A stretch of DNA of 64,000 bases from an uncultured delta proteobacterium (lineage in GTDB: Bacteria > Myxococcota_A > Polyangia > Polyangiales > JAFGIB01), in contig CAVZVA010000009.1 of NCBI GenBank assembly GCA_963778655.1, positions 64,001 through 128,000 of the forward strand. Direction: 5' to 3'. Position numbers and translations under genes: made by a program. Shown here in pieces: positions 33,463 to 45,561 of the stretch. The first letter of the stretch is position 1; each line of letters starts with the position of its first letter. The notes beneath the pieces were generated by a model, which saw only the letters and a list, made by a program, of their open reading frames with translations, was not told the DNA's origin and searched no databases.

Positions 33463-34341
33463 TTATGCCACAGCTCCGCTGTGACAGGTCATGTCTTCTT
33501 TCTCCGCAGGTGTCATGTAGTCGATTGAAGAATGAAGACGGGATCGGTTGTAGAAGCCCTCGATATACGGGAACAGCAGGGAGCGGACTTCGTCGATGCT
33601 CCCCGGAACCCGGTCTCCAAAGAGCTCGGCTTTGATGGTGCCAATGGTCGACTCCGCCACGGCGTTGTCCCAGCAGTTGCCTTTCCGACTCATGCTGACC
33701 TGCATGCCGAGCTTGCGAAGGCACGCGCGGTAGTCCGCGGCCGTGTACGTCGAGCCGCGGTCGGTGTGGTGAAGCAGACCTGGGCTAGGACGCTGGCGAG
33801 CCACGGCGGCCCGCAGAGCCCGCAGCGCCAGGGCCGTGTCGCAACGGTCGCTGACGGCCCAGCCGACGATGGCTCGCGTGCACAGGTCCACCAGGATTGC
33901 CAGGTAGCTCCATCCCTGGGCGGTCCACACGTAGGTGATATCGCCGACCCATGCTCGATTGGGGCTGTCCCAGCGGAAGCGGCGATCGAGCAGGTTGGGC
34001 GCCGGGACGTGCGAGCTGTCGGCCTGGGTCGTGCGCCGGAAGCGCTTGGGACACCGGGCACGCAAGCCCAGCGCCCTCATTCGCGCTTCGATGCGTTTTC
34101 GGCTGACGCGTCTTCCTTGCCGCCGCAGGTGTCGGTGAATGCGCGGGCTCCCGTAGCGCCGCTTGCTTTGCAGATGGGTCGCGGTGATCTCGACGTCGAG
34201 CTGTGCGGTCTCCTGGGCCCGTGCGCTCACAGGGCGCGACCGTTGCGCATACACCGTGCTGCGTGGCAACTGCAGCGTACGACAGACCGCGGCGACCGAC
34301 GTCTTGGACTCGTCGGCCAAACGGTACACGTCTGCGGTCAC
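33463..34341 (-). CDS. IS3 transposase OrfB (DDE)
   Basis: [25 protein letters not shown]. Confidence 0.95.
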   Translation of the reverse strand: MTADVYRLADESKTSVAAVCRTLQLPRSTVYAQRSRPVSARAQETAQLDVEITATHLQSKRRYGSPRIHRHLRRQGRRVSRKRIEARMRALGLRARCPKRFRRTTQADSSHVPAPNLLDRRFRWDSPNRAWVGDITYVWTAQGWSYLAILVDLCTRAIVGWAVSDRCDTALALRALRAAVARQRPSPGLLHHTDRGSTYTAADYRACLRKLGMQVSMSRKGNCWDNAVAESTIGTIKAELFGDRVPGSIDEVRSLLFPYIEGFYNRSRLHSSIDYMTPAEKEDMTCHSGAVA

Positions 34342-34646
34342 GACGTGCCCTCCTTGGCGAAAAAAGCGGTGGCCCGTTTCAGAATCTCGCGTTCCTGTCG
34401 CAGCACTCGGTTTTCACGCCGAAGCGCCGCCAGCTCCTCTCGCTCCGCCGTCGTCAGCGGACCCGAGCCGCCGCCGCCGGCATCCACGGTCGCTTGACGA
34501 ACCCAGTTGGTCACCGCGCTTGCCGTCAGGCCAAGCTCTCGGGCAACCGCGAACGGCGTGCTGCCCGGCTGCTGGCACAGCCGAACCACCTCCGCCTTGT
34601 ACTCGCTGGTGAACTTCCGGCGTTTTCCTTGTCGCTTCTTTGACAT
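34338..34646 (-). CDS. IS3 transposase OrfA
   Basis: [29 protein letters not shown], with a T6 run as the likely slippery site. Confidence 0.93.
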   Translation of the reverse strand: MSKKRQGKRRKFTSEYKAEVVRLCQQPGSTPFAVARELGLTASAVTNWVRQATVDAGGGGSGPLTTAEREELAALRRENRVLRQEREILKRATAFFAKEGTS

Positions 34647-35551
34647 GATTTCTGGACGCATAGTGCCTCATTGAACTTGTCCAAGAAATCGGGGGAATTC
34701 CAGGAGCTGGGTGCGTATCTATCCGGTGCCGTTCCGACGTCTCGATGAGAAGCAGCAGTACAGCAAGTACGACTGGGTCGAGTGCCGACTCCAACGCAAC
34801 ACCGTGGACGTCCGTCCGGAGACTTTTCGCCCCGTGGATCAGGGCGAACTCGTGCCCGTCGGCGAGATGAACACGGACCACAACTGGCGCGAGCGTCGCG
34901 AGATCCTGCTGAAGAAGGCCCGCGTCTACGACAACCTCGAGGAGCTGATCGCTGGCGCGAAGGCGAACCAGATCTCGCTCGCCGTATTCAAGCCTGCGCG
35001 AATCCTCGAGCTTGTCGTCGAAGAGGACGAGCGCGAGTGGGACATCCACAAGGTCAAGGAGATGCGCGAGCTCTCCCGGCAGCATGAGCTGTTCGAGGAC
35101 AACACCTGGCGCGAGACCTTCAGGGTGATCCCGAAGCTGCCTTACAAGTTCTCGTACAAGTTCGAGGACGCCGCCGGAAAAGAGAGCAAGCAGCGCATCC
35201 TCGACTGGGAGATCGGTGCGCTCTACTGGAACTGCCTGCACTCGGTGGACGGCGACGAGGCGAAGGCGATCGCCAAGGTCCGGCAGAAGTACATGGGCGA
35301 GTTCCTGAAGAAGGACCTGCACCTCTTCCTCGGCACCACCCAGCAGTGGCACCAGGTGGCCGTGAACCCGTGGGTCATCATCGGCGTGCTGCCTATCCCC
35401 GAGGAGAAGCAGCTCGGGCTGTTCTGAGGCGGGTTCGACTTCGTTGCAGCCGGTTGAGTCGGGATCCTTGCGACCCCCCGGCGGTCTGCTGTATTCTGCC
35501 GTCGGCTGGCAAACTCTGCCAACCGATACCTAGTGGAGCCAGGTCCCACCC

Positions 35552-35743
35552 ATGACGGATGAGATCCTCACACTGCCCGAGGTCGCGCAATTGCTGAAGG
35601 TCGCTGAGAAAACCGTCTACTCCATGGCCCAGAAGGGCCTGCTTCCGGCCTTCAAGGTCGGCGGCCAGTGGCGGTTCAAGCGCACCGACATCGATGCGTG
35701 GATCGAGCAGCAGAAGCTCGAAGCGCCGAAGGGGGCGAAGTGA
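35552..35743 (+). CDS. Excisionase-like HTH regulator heading the BREX operon
   Basis: LTLPEVAQLLKVAEKTVY...PAFKVGGQWRF. Confidence 0.85.
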   Translation: MTDEILTLPEVAQLLKVAEKTVYSMAQKGLLPAFKVGGQWRFKRTDIDAWIEQQKLEAPKGAK

Positions 35744-36240
35744 ACGCTCCGAGCGCGAAGGACCTGGCTGTGCTCTGCGAGACCGCCGCGTCTCTCTACC
35801 ACCGTCTCGTTCTCGTTGTTGGGCCGCCACGCTCGGGAAAGACGCACCTGCTGCAGGCTGCGGTCGCCGCCAACGGGTGGCCGCTCATCAACCTGAACCA
35901 GCAAGTGAGCGAGCATCTCCTCGAACTCACGCAGCGCCAGCGGGCTCTTCGCCTCCCGCGCATCGTCGGCGACGTGCTCTCGTCTGCCGGTTCCGAGATC
36001 GTCCTCGTCGACAACATCGAGCTGCTGTTCAGCCCCGACCTTCAACAGGATCCGCTGAAGCTGCTCCAGGGTGCCGCGCGCAATCGAACCATCGTCGCGT
36101 CGTGGCCCGGTGCACTGAGCGGAAGGCAGCTCACGTACGCCGAGCCAGGCCATCCCGAGTACCGGCGCTACCCAGAACTCGACACCCTCTGCCTCTCGAT
36201 GCCGGGCGATGCCGGCCCCAACGCCCACGCCGAGGGCTGA
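35740..36240 (+). CDS. brxF: BREX-3 P-loop protein BrxF
   Basis: YHRLVLVVGPPRSGKT, DNIELLF, QDPLKLL, YAEPGHPEY. Confidence 0.85.
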   Translation: MNAPSAKDLAVLCETAASLYHRLVLVVGPPRSGKTHLLQAAVAANGWPLINLNQQVSEHLLELTQRQRALRLPRIVGDVLSSAGSEIVLVDNIELLFSPDLQQDPLKLLQGAARNRTIVASWPGALSGRQLTYAEPGHPEYRRYPELDTLCLSMPGDAGPNAHAEG

Positions 36241-36251
36241 CCAAGGACCCC

Positions 36252-39200
36252 ATGCGATACGCCGACCTCATCCAGTTCGAACCCATCGAGTCCGTCGTCC
36301 AGCTCCGGGAGGCAGACGCAGCCTCAGAAGCCGCTCGCCTGGTGTCGAGACTTCGTGATCTCGGACCGCATGGTCGAGCAGCTCGTCGAGCTCGTGTTCG
36401 CTCAGCTCCAGTTCGACAAGCCGACGGACAACAAGGGCCTGTTGGTCGTCGGCAACTACGGAACAGGTAAGTCGCACCTCATGGCGACCATCTCGGCTGT
36501 CGCCGAGCATGCGGAGCTCGCGGGCTCGCTCACAAACCCCACGGTCGCCGACAAGGCGGTCGCTGTCGCCGGGCGCTTCAAAGTGATCCGCGCCGAGATC
36601 GGTTCGACGACGATGTCCTTGCGCGACATCGTTTGCGGCGAACTCGAGGAGCACCTCGCGACGCTCGGCGTGTCGTACCGCTTCCCGAGTTCCTCCGACG
36701 GTCTCGAACAACAAGGACGCTTTCCACGAGATGATGGCGGCGTTCCAGCAGGTCTACCCGACGCAGGGCCTGCTCTTCGTCATCGACGAGCTGCTCGACT
36801 ACCTCCGCACCCGCAAGGAGCAGGCCCTCATCCTGGACCTGAACTTCCTGCGCGAGGTCGGCGAGATCTGCCGGAGCACGCGCTTCCGCTTCTTGTCGGG
36901 CGTGCAGGAGAGCCTCTTCGACAGCACGCGCTTTCAGTTCGTGGCCGAGACGCTGCGACGCGTGAAGGACCGCTTCGAGCAGGTTCGCATCGCTCGCGAG
37001 GACGTCGCCTACGTCGTCTCGCAGCGGCTGCTCAAGAAGGACGCGAAGCAGCAGGCGCTCGTGCGCGAGCACCTGCAAGGGTTCGCGCCCGCTCTACGGT
37101 TCGATGAACGAGCGCCTCGACGAGTTCGTTCGGCTGTTCCCCGTGCATCCGGCCTACCTCGAGACGTTCGAGCGGGTGTTCGTCGCGGAGAAGCGTGAGG
37201 TGCTCAAGACCCTCAGCACCGCGATCCGTCGCCTGCTGGAGCAGGACGTGCCCAAGGACCAGCCGGGGCTCATCGCGTACGACTCGTACTGGACCTACCT
37301 GAAGGACAACCCGTCGTTCCGCGCCATCCCCGAGATCCGCGAGGTGGTCCAGAAGAGCGAGGTGCTCGAGGGCCGCGTTCAGCAGGCCTTCACGCGCCCG
37401 CAGTACAAGCCCGCAGCGCTCCGCATCGTTCACGCGCTCTCGGTGCATCGCCTCACGACGGGCGACATCTACGCGCCCATCGGCGCCACCGCCGAGGAGC
37501 TGCGCGACGACCTCTGCCTCATCCTGCCGATGCCAGAACGCGAGGCCGAGTTCCTGAAGACGATGGTCGAGACGATCCTCAAGGAGATCCTCAAGACGGT
37601 CAGCGGCCAGTTCATCAACTTCAACAAGGAGAACGGCCAGTACTACCTCGACCTGAAGAAGGACATCGACTTCGACTCGCTCATCGAGAAGAAGGCCGAA
37701 GGGCTCGGCGGCGACCTGCTCGACCGCTACTACTTCGACGCGCTCACGCGCGTGATGGAGGGCGCCGAGCCAGACCTACGTCACGGGCTACCGGATGTGG
37801 GAGCACGAGGTCGAGTGGCGCGAACGCAAAGTGGGTCGCAGCGGCTACCTCTTCTTCGGCGCGCCCAACGAGCGCTCGACGGTGACTCCACAGCGCGACT
37901 TCTACCTGTTCGCGCTGCAGCCCTTCGAGGCGCCCTACTTCAAGGACGAGAAGCGGAGCGACGAGGTCTTCTTCAGGCTGAAGCAGCGCGACGACGGCCT
38001 TCGAGTCGACGCTCAAGCTGTATGCCGGCGCGCGCGAGCAGGCTGCCAACGCCTCCGGCGCAACAAGAAGATCTACGAGGACAAGGCGCTCGAGACACCT
38101 GCGCACGCTGACGAGCTGGCTTCGTGAGCACCTCGTCACGGCCTTCGAGGTGACGTACCAGGGCCGCTCGAAGCCGCTCGCCGAGGTGCTTCACGGCAAG
38201 GCGTCGGGCCCGGGCGCGCAATTCAGGTCCGCGACCTGGTGAACGCAGCCGGCGTCCGTCTGCCTCGCGCCACACTTCGAGAACCAGAGCCCCGACTACC
38301 CGGTGTTCAACGTACTCGTCACGAAGGAGAACCGCGCGCTCGCTGCCCAGGACGCGTCTTCGGTGGCTCGCTGGTGGTGTGAAGAGCAAGCAGGGCACCG
38401 CCGTGCTCGACGCGCTTGAGCTGCTCGACGGCGAGCAGTTGAAGCCGAGGAAATCCCGCTACGCCAAGCATGTCCTCGACATCCTCTCGCAGAAGGGCAA
38501 CGGCCAGGTGGCGAACCGCTCGGAGTTCGTGGGGGACGACGCGGGCGTCGAGTACTGGACCCGGTTCCGTCTCGAGCCCGAGTTCCTCGCGGTCGTCCTC
38601 GGCGCACTGGTCCACAGCGGCGACCTGATCGTGAGCATCACTGGCAAGAAGCTGGACGCGAGCGCGGTCGACCAGTTCGCGAAGTTGGGCATCGCGGAGC
38701 TCACGGCGTTCAAGCACGTCGAGCGCCCGCGCGACCTGCCGCTGGGCCCGATCCAGGATCTCTTCGAGCTTCTCGGCCTACCCAAGGGGCTCATCGTCAA
38801 TCCCGCGAACCGAGACGAGGGCATTCAAAAGCTGCAGACCGAGGTCGCCAAGCGAGCCGAGAAGATCGCGGCGGCCCTTCAGAGCCTGCAGAACGGCATC
38901 GTGTTCTGGGGGAAACCGGTGCTCTCCGAGGCCGAGCGCGAGTCCTGGAGGAAGCAGCTCACTGAGCTGAAGTCGTTCCTGGAGGGGTTGCAGCCGTTCA
39001 ACACTGTCGGGAAGCTCAAGAACTTCCCCCACGACAGCGCTGCGATCACCAGCCAGCAAGAGCGGTTCGACCTCGTCAAGGGCGTCGATGAGCTCACCGA
39101 GTTGGTTCGCCAGCTCGATCCGGTGACGTCCTACCTGGGAACGGCAGAGGCTGTGCTTCCCGCTGACCATGCGTGGCTTGGCGCCGTGAAGACGGCGCAG

Positions 39201-39950
39201 GGCGAAGTGCTCGCCAAGGTGGCAAGCCCCAAGCACCGCGCCGACCCGAGCTTCCAGCGCGCGCTTGGCCAACGGCTCGCCGAGCTGAAGGCGCAGTATC
39301 AGGACGCCTACCTTGGGCTTCACGAGAAGGCACGGCTCGGGGCAACCGCGGACAAGAAGAAGGGCGAGCTGCAGAAGGACGCGCGTCTCGCTCAGCTTCG
39401 TAAGCTCGCCAGCGTCGAGATGATGCCGACGCAGCAGTTGACCGACTTCGACAATCGGCTCCTCACGCTGCGATCCTGTTGGAGCCTCACGAAGCAGGAC
39501 CTCGACATGCGGCCGCTCTGCCCGCACTGCGGCTATCGCCCGGTCGAGGAGCCCACGTCTTCTGCCGTCGCCAAGCTGCTCGACGACGTCGACGAGCAGC
39601 TCGATCGACTTGCCGACGAGTGGACGCGCACCCTGCTCGGTAACTTGGAGGACCCCACGGTCACGGCCAACATCGAGCTCCTTACGGACAGCAAAGGCAA
39701 GGCGGCTCTCGCCGCCTTTCTGAAGGAGCGCAAGCTTCCCACGTCGATCGAAACCGTCTTCGTGAAGGCGCTGCAGGAGGTGCTGTCGGGGCTGCAGAAG
39801 GTCGTGCTCAAGAAGGACGACCTTCACGCTGCGCTGCTTCGGGGAGGCGCGCCCTGCACCGTCTCGGAGCTTCGGGAGCGGTTCGAGGCTCACTTGGCAG
39901 AGCTGAACAAGGGCAAGGACAGCTCGAAGATCCGCATCGTGATCGAGTAG
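36252..39950 (+). CDS. brxC: BREX-3 BrxC/PglY-like ATPase (DUF6079), multiple frameshifts
   Basis: [37 protein letters not shown]; spread across several ORF pieces. Confidence 0.8.
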
Positions 39951-39963
39951 TTGAGGGGACACC

Positions 39964-42733
39964 GTGGCAAAGCAGACGCAGAAGAAACTCAACTTGTCCG
40001 CGCCCGTGTCGGCGTCCGGGCCTGTCGTGTGCCTCGGCCACAAGTTCGAGAGCGATGCCGCGCGGCGCGAGCACTTCACCTCGCTGCTCCGCGACAAGCT
40101 GAAGGACCCGGCGTTCAGGCGGTCGGAGGGCTTTCCGGTTGCCGACGACGAAGACATCCTTCGGATGTCCGATCCTCCGTACTACACGGCGTGCCCAAAC
40201 CCGTTCCTCGCGGACCTGGTGGCGCACTACGGGAAAGCGTACAGAGCGACCGATTCCTACCACCGCGATCCATTCGCCATCGACGTCAGCGTTGGCAAGA
40301 CGGACGCGCTGTACAAGGCGCACAGTTACCATACCAAGGTTCCCCACCTCGCGATCGTGCCGTCGATCCTGCACTACACGAAGCCAGGGGAGATTGTGCT
40401 CGATGGGTTCGCAGGCTCCGGCATGACCGGTGTTGCTGCGCTCTGGTGTGGTGCTGCGTCCGAGGCCTACCGCAAGGAACTCGAGGCCAAGTGGAAGCGC
40501 GATGGTTTGTCGGCGCCCGAATGGGGTGCCCGGCAACCGGTGCTCAATGACCTGTCGCCCGCCGCTACGATGATCGCCGCTGGCTACACGCTGCCGTTCG
40601 ATATCGACACGTTTAGGGCAGCGGGGCAGGCCCTTCTCGACACCGCCGACAAGGAGTTCGGTTGGATGTACGAAGTGCAGCACGAGGATGGGCGCAAGGG
40701 CCAGGTGAACTACCTGGTCTGGAGCGAGGTGTTCGCCTGCCCAGACTGTGCTCGCGAGATCGTCTTCGTGAATGAAGCGCTCGACCCCGAGACGAAGACC
40801 GTACGTAACGAGTTTCCTTGTCCAGGATGCACGGCCTCGCTGAACAAGGACCGCCTTGAGCGGACCTTCGAGACCCGGATCGACCCGGCGTCAAAGCAGA
40901 CCGTTAAGCAGGTTCGGTTTCGCCCCGTCCTCGTGAACTACTCGATCGGTCGCCAGGACTTCGAGCGCGCCTTTGGCGACGCAGACCAGCGCATCCTTGA
41001 GCGCGTCGAACGCTTGCCGTTGCCCCCGGAAGTCCCGACGGTGCCGTTTCCGATTGAGGAGATGGAGCACGGCTCGCGAATCGCACCCAAGGGGTTCACG
41101 CACTCGCACCACTTCTTTTTGCCGCGAGCGGCGAACGCCCTCGCGACGCTGTGGCGTCTCGCTTGGGCTGAGCCCGACGTGGCAACTCGTCGAATGCTGG
41201 TGTGGTTCGTTGAGCAGGCGATTTGGGGCATGTCGGTTCTGGCCCGCTACACGCCGACTCACTACTCCCAAGTCAATCAGTACCTCAACGGCGTCTACTA
41301 CATCGGTTCACAGATCGTTGAGGTGAGCCCTTGGTACATCCTCGACGGCAAGCTGTCCCGCTTGAGCAAAGCCTTCGTCGGAGCCAAGCCGTCGGGCACC
41401 TTCGCAGCGATTACGACCGGGTCCTGCGCAGCGATGCCGTTGGCAGCTCAGTCGGTGGACTACATCTTCACCGATCCGCCTTTCGGCGAGAACATCTTCT
41501 ACGCAGACTTGAACTTCCTCGTCGAGGCTTGGCATCGCGTTCGTACCGATGCGGCCCCCGAGGCCATCATTGACGCGCCAAAGGACAAGGGGCTCAACGA
41601 GTATCAGGATCTGATGCGCCGGTGCTTCGAGGAGTACTTCCGCGTCTTGAAGCCTGGTCGGTGGATGACGGTTGTCTTCGGCAATTCGCGCAACGGCGTG
41701 TGGCGCGCGATCCAGGAAGCGATGGGAGTCGCTGGGTTCGTCGTGGCTGACGTGCGAACGCTCGACAAGCAGCAGGGTTCCTATCGGCAGGTCACAAGCA
41801 GTGCGGTGAAGCAGGACCTCGTCGATCTCGGCATACAAGCCGAGCAAGGCGCTGGAGGACAAGTTCACGCTCGGGTCGGCGACCGAAGACACCGCGTGGG
41901 CCTTCGTACGCGAGCACCTGAGCAACGTCCCGAAGTTCGTCGGCCGGGCCTCCGAGGGCGAGATCATCTCGGAACGCACCCCGCAGATGCTGCACGACCG
42001 CATGGTCGCCTATCATGTCCAGCATGGAGTCAGCGTGCCGCTCAGCGGTCCGCTGTTCTTCGCTGGGCTCGCGCAGCGCTTCGCAGAGCGTGACGGGATG
42101 TTCTTCCTCCCGGAGCAGGTGGCCGAGTACGACCGCCGTCGGGCCAGCGTCACCGAGGTGAAGCAGCTCAGCCTCTTCGTGACCGACGAAGCGAGCGCGA
42201 TTCAGTGGCTTCGTCGTGAGCTCACCGCTCGTCCGCGTAGCGCTCAGGAACTCACGCCGGCCTTCATGAAGGAGCTGCAGGCGTGGGCGAAGCACGAGCA
42301 AACGATCGAACTTCGCGAACTGCTCCAGAGCAACTTCATCGAGTACGACGGCGTGCCTCCCGTCCCGAGCCAAATTCATCGATACTTGAGCACCAACTTC
42401 AAAGAGCTGAGGAACCTCTCGAAGGAGGACCCGGACCTCGTCGCGAAGGCCAAGGGGCGATGGTACGTGCCCGACCCGAGCAAGGCGCTCGATCTCGAGA
42501 AGCTCCGCGAGAAGTCGCTGTTGCGCGAGTTCGAAGACTACAAGCAGTCCAAGTCGAACCGGCTCAAGACCTTTCGCACCGAGGCTGTGCGGGCCGGGTT
42601 CAAGGCGGCGTACGACGCGAAGGACTACGCCACGATTGTTGGCGTCGCTCGGAAGCTTCCCGAGACGGTGCTTCAGGAGGACGAGAAGCTCCTGATGTAT
42701 TACGACGTCGCCAGCATGCGTGTGGGGGAGTAG
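39964..42733 (+). CDS. pglXI: BREX-3 DNA methyltransferase PglXI (frameshift near 41826)
   Basis: HSYHTKVP, DGFAGSGMTG, FTDPPFG; continues in the 41987-42733 frame. Confidence 0.82.
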
Positions 42734-42737
42734 CTGC

Positions 42738-45561
42738 ATGCTGAAGCGTGGCGATTGGGCAATCGAGGCCTCGAGCCAGACCCCTTGTCAGGTGGTCGAC
42801 ATCGAGGAGGTGTGGGGAGCCCGCAGCTACCGCGTGTGGCTCCCGACGCAGGCGACCGTGCTCCGCGTTGCCGAGCCCCGCCTCGTGCCCTTTCACACGC
42901 GTCCGACCGACGTAGTGGGCAACGAACTGGCGTTCGTCAGCGCTGCCGCCCGCATCGCCGACGCGATGGCCCGCGACGCGCTCGTGGCCCCGCTCGAAGG
43001 GACGGTGACGCCGCTGCCGCATCAGGTGCATGCGCTCTCCAGGGCGATGGCGACGGACCGGGTTCGCTACCTGCTCGCCGACGAGGTCGGCCTTGGGAAG
43101 ACCGTCGAGGCTGGGCTCATCTTTCGAGAGCTGAAGATCCGCGGCCTCGTTCGGCGCGTCCTCGTCGTTGCACCGGCAGGTCTCGTGACTCAGTGGGTCC
43201 AGGAGCTGAAGACGCACTTCAGTGAGACCTTCAGGCTCGTCATACCTGGAGAACTCTCCGCAGTCCGTGAGCTCGCGGGGCTCGATGAAGACGCCAATGC
43301 CTGGCGGCTCCACGACCAGGTCGTCTGCCCTCTCGATTCAGTGAAGCCTCTCGATGCGCGGCGAGGCTGGACGCGGGAGCAGGTGGCTCGCTTCAACCGC
43401 GAGCGCTTCGATGACCTGGTGTCGGCGGGCTGGGACCTGATCATTATCGACGAGGCACACCGCCTTGGAGGGTCGACCGACCAGGTTGCTCGCTACCGCC
43501 TCGGCGAGGCACTGGGACAAGCCGCGCCCTATCTCCTCCTTCTCAGCGCGACGCCACACCAGGGGAAGACCGATGGTTTCCGGCGCCTGATCTCGTTCCT
43601 CGATCCGCAGGCGTTTCCAGACGATGACTCCGTGAACCAAGCCCGCGTCGCGCCCTACGTCATCAGGACGGAGAAGCGCAGAGCGATCGATGCCGACGGG
43701 AACCCGCTCTTCAAGCCGCGTCACACGCAGCTCGTTGCAGTGACGTGGGGGACGAAGGACTCGGAGCAGCAGGCGCTGTACTCGGCGGTCACCGACTACG
43801 TTCGCGACGGCTACAACCAGGCAATCCAGGAGCAGCGACGGGCGATCGGCTTCCTGATGATCCTGATGCAGCGGCTCGTTACGTCGAGCACGCGCGCCAT
43901 CCGAGAGTCGCTGGAGCGGCGCCTCGAGGTGCTCGAGCTGCCCGAAGGACAGCTTTCTCTCTTCGGCGAAGACATCGGCGATGCTTGGGGCGGCCTCGAC
44001 AGCCAGGAGCAACTCGAGAGCGTGCTCAAGTCGCGTCTCAAGGGCCTGAAAAACGAGCGCGCCGAGGTCGAACTGCTTCTCTCGGCAGCTCGTCGTTGCG
44101 AAGCGAAGGGCCCTGATGCCAAGGCGCAGGCTCTCCTTGATGCGATCCACCGTCTCCAGCGCGAGGAGTCGGACCCGCTGGTGAAGGTCTTGGTCTTCAC
44201 CGAGTTCGTGCCGACGCAGGACATGCTCGCGACGTACCTCCGTGAGCGCGGGTTCCGCGTTGCCTGCTTGAACGGGTCGATGGGGCTCGACGAACGACGC
44301 GCAGTGCAGCAGGACTTCGCGGGCGAGGCTCAGATCCTCGTGTCGACCGACGCGGGCGGTGAGGGCCTGAACCTTCAATTCTGCCATGTCATCGTGAACT
44401 ACGACCTGCCGTGGAACCCGATGAAGCTCGAGCAGCGCATCGGGCGCGTCGACCGCATCGGACAGAAGCATGTCGTTGAGGCGCTCAACTTCGCGCTCGC
44501 AGGACACCGTCGAGCTGCGTGTCCGCGAGGTGCTCGAGGAGAAGCTCGCGAAGATCCTCGAGGAGTTCGGCGTCGACAAACTCGCTGACGTGCTGGACTC
44601 GGAGGAAGGAGGCCCCGACTTCGAGGAGCTGTACGTCGAGGCCATGCGACATCCCGATCAGGCCGTCGAGCGCGCCGAGGCTCTCGCCGCAGAGCTGCGA
44701 AAGCGCGCGCTCGCCGCGAAGGATGGCACGAAGGTCCTGGGACCGAGCACGACGCTAACCCCAGACGCGGCGCAGCAGCTCGCTGGGCATCAAGTGCCCT
44801 TCTGGACCGAGAAGATGACGCTCGCGTACCTCAGGAGTCGGCAGGCGTTAGGCGCGCGAATCGCGAGCGACGAGGTCGGGTACCGGCTTCAGTGGCCGGA
44901 CGGGACGGAGGTGTCCCGCGCCGTGTTCACCCCGCCCCAGGTGGCCGGCGCGCAGCATCTGACCCTCGAGGACCCCCACGTGCGCGGCATCGCGGCGCAA
45001 CTCGGATACTTCGCCCCAGGCAGTCCCATCGCGTCCGTCGTCCTCCCCGAGATCTCGGACAAGGTCGCAGGCCTGTGGTCGCTCTGGCGGATTGCCCTCG
45101 AGGGCGGCGGAACGCGGGCGACGAGAGTTCTCCCGCTCTTCGTCAGCGACGATGGGCGGGCACTGGGGCCGACCGCGCGGGCCGTGTGGGATCGGCTCCT
45201 GGAACTGGAACCGGAGAGTTTGAGCACGCGACCGGCCGAGCTCGTTGGCGATGCTGCACTTGCCGCTTATGAGAACACGCGCCACCGCGCCGAGGAGGCG
45301 GGGCGCTCCCTCTACGACGAGCTTCTCAGCGCCCACCGTCGAGGTCTTGAGCAGGAGAAGCAGAAGGCCGTGTCGGCCTTCGCCTCGCGTCGTCGCGCCA
45401 TCGAGCGGATCGGTCTTCCCCAAGTGCGTGATCACCGCCTCGGTCAGCTCGCCCAAGAGGAGAATCACTTTCACGCCGACCTTGCTGTTCGTTCGGCGGC
45501 TTTTCCCGAACTGCGCGCCATCGTGATGGTGCGCGTGGCCGCTGCCGGGGAGCGGTCATGA
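42738..45561 (+). CDS. brxHII: BREX-3 SNF2 helicase BrxHII (frameshift near 44500)
   Basis: LADEVGLGKT, DEAH, SATPH, GEGLNLQ, EQRIGRVDR. Confidence 0.85.

Larger units (their letters stand above)
33432..34702 (-). mobile_element. IS3 family insertion sequence (1271 bp)
   Basis: TG...CA ends; imperfect IRs TGAGCCTCCCCCGATTTCGTAGACA / TGGAATTCCCCCGATTTCTTGGACA; 3-bp GGA target duplication. Confidence 0.95.
33332..35427 (+). pseudogene. DUF488-associated hypothetical gene interrupted by an IS3 element
   Basis: MEKQRVLITVKTYP...VCTAGVREDG and SWVRIYPVPFR rejoin in frame once the IS and one GGA are removed. Confidence 0.85.
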
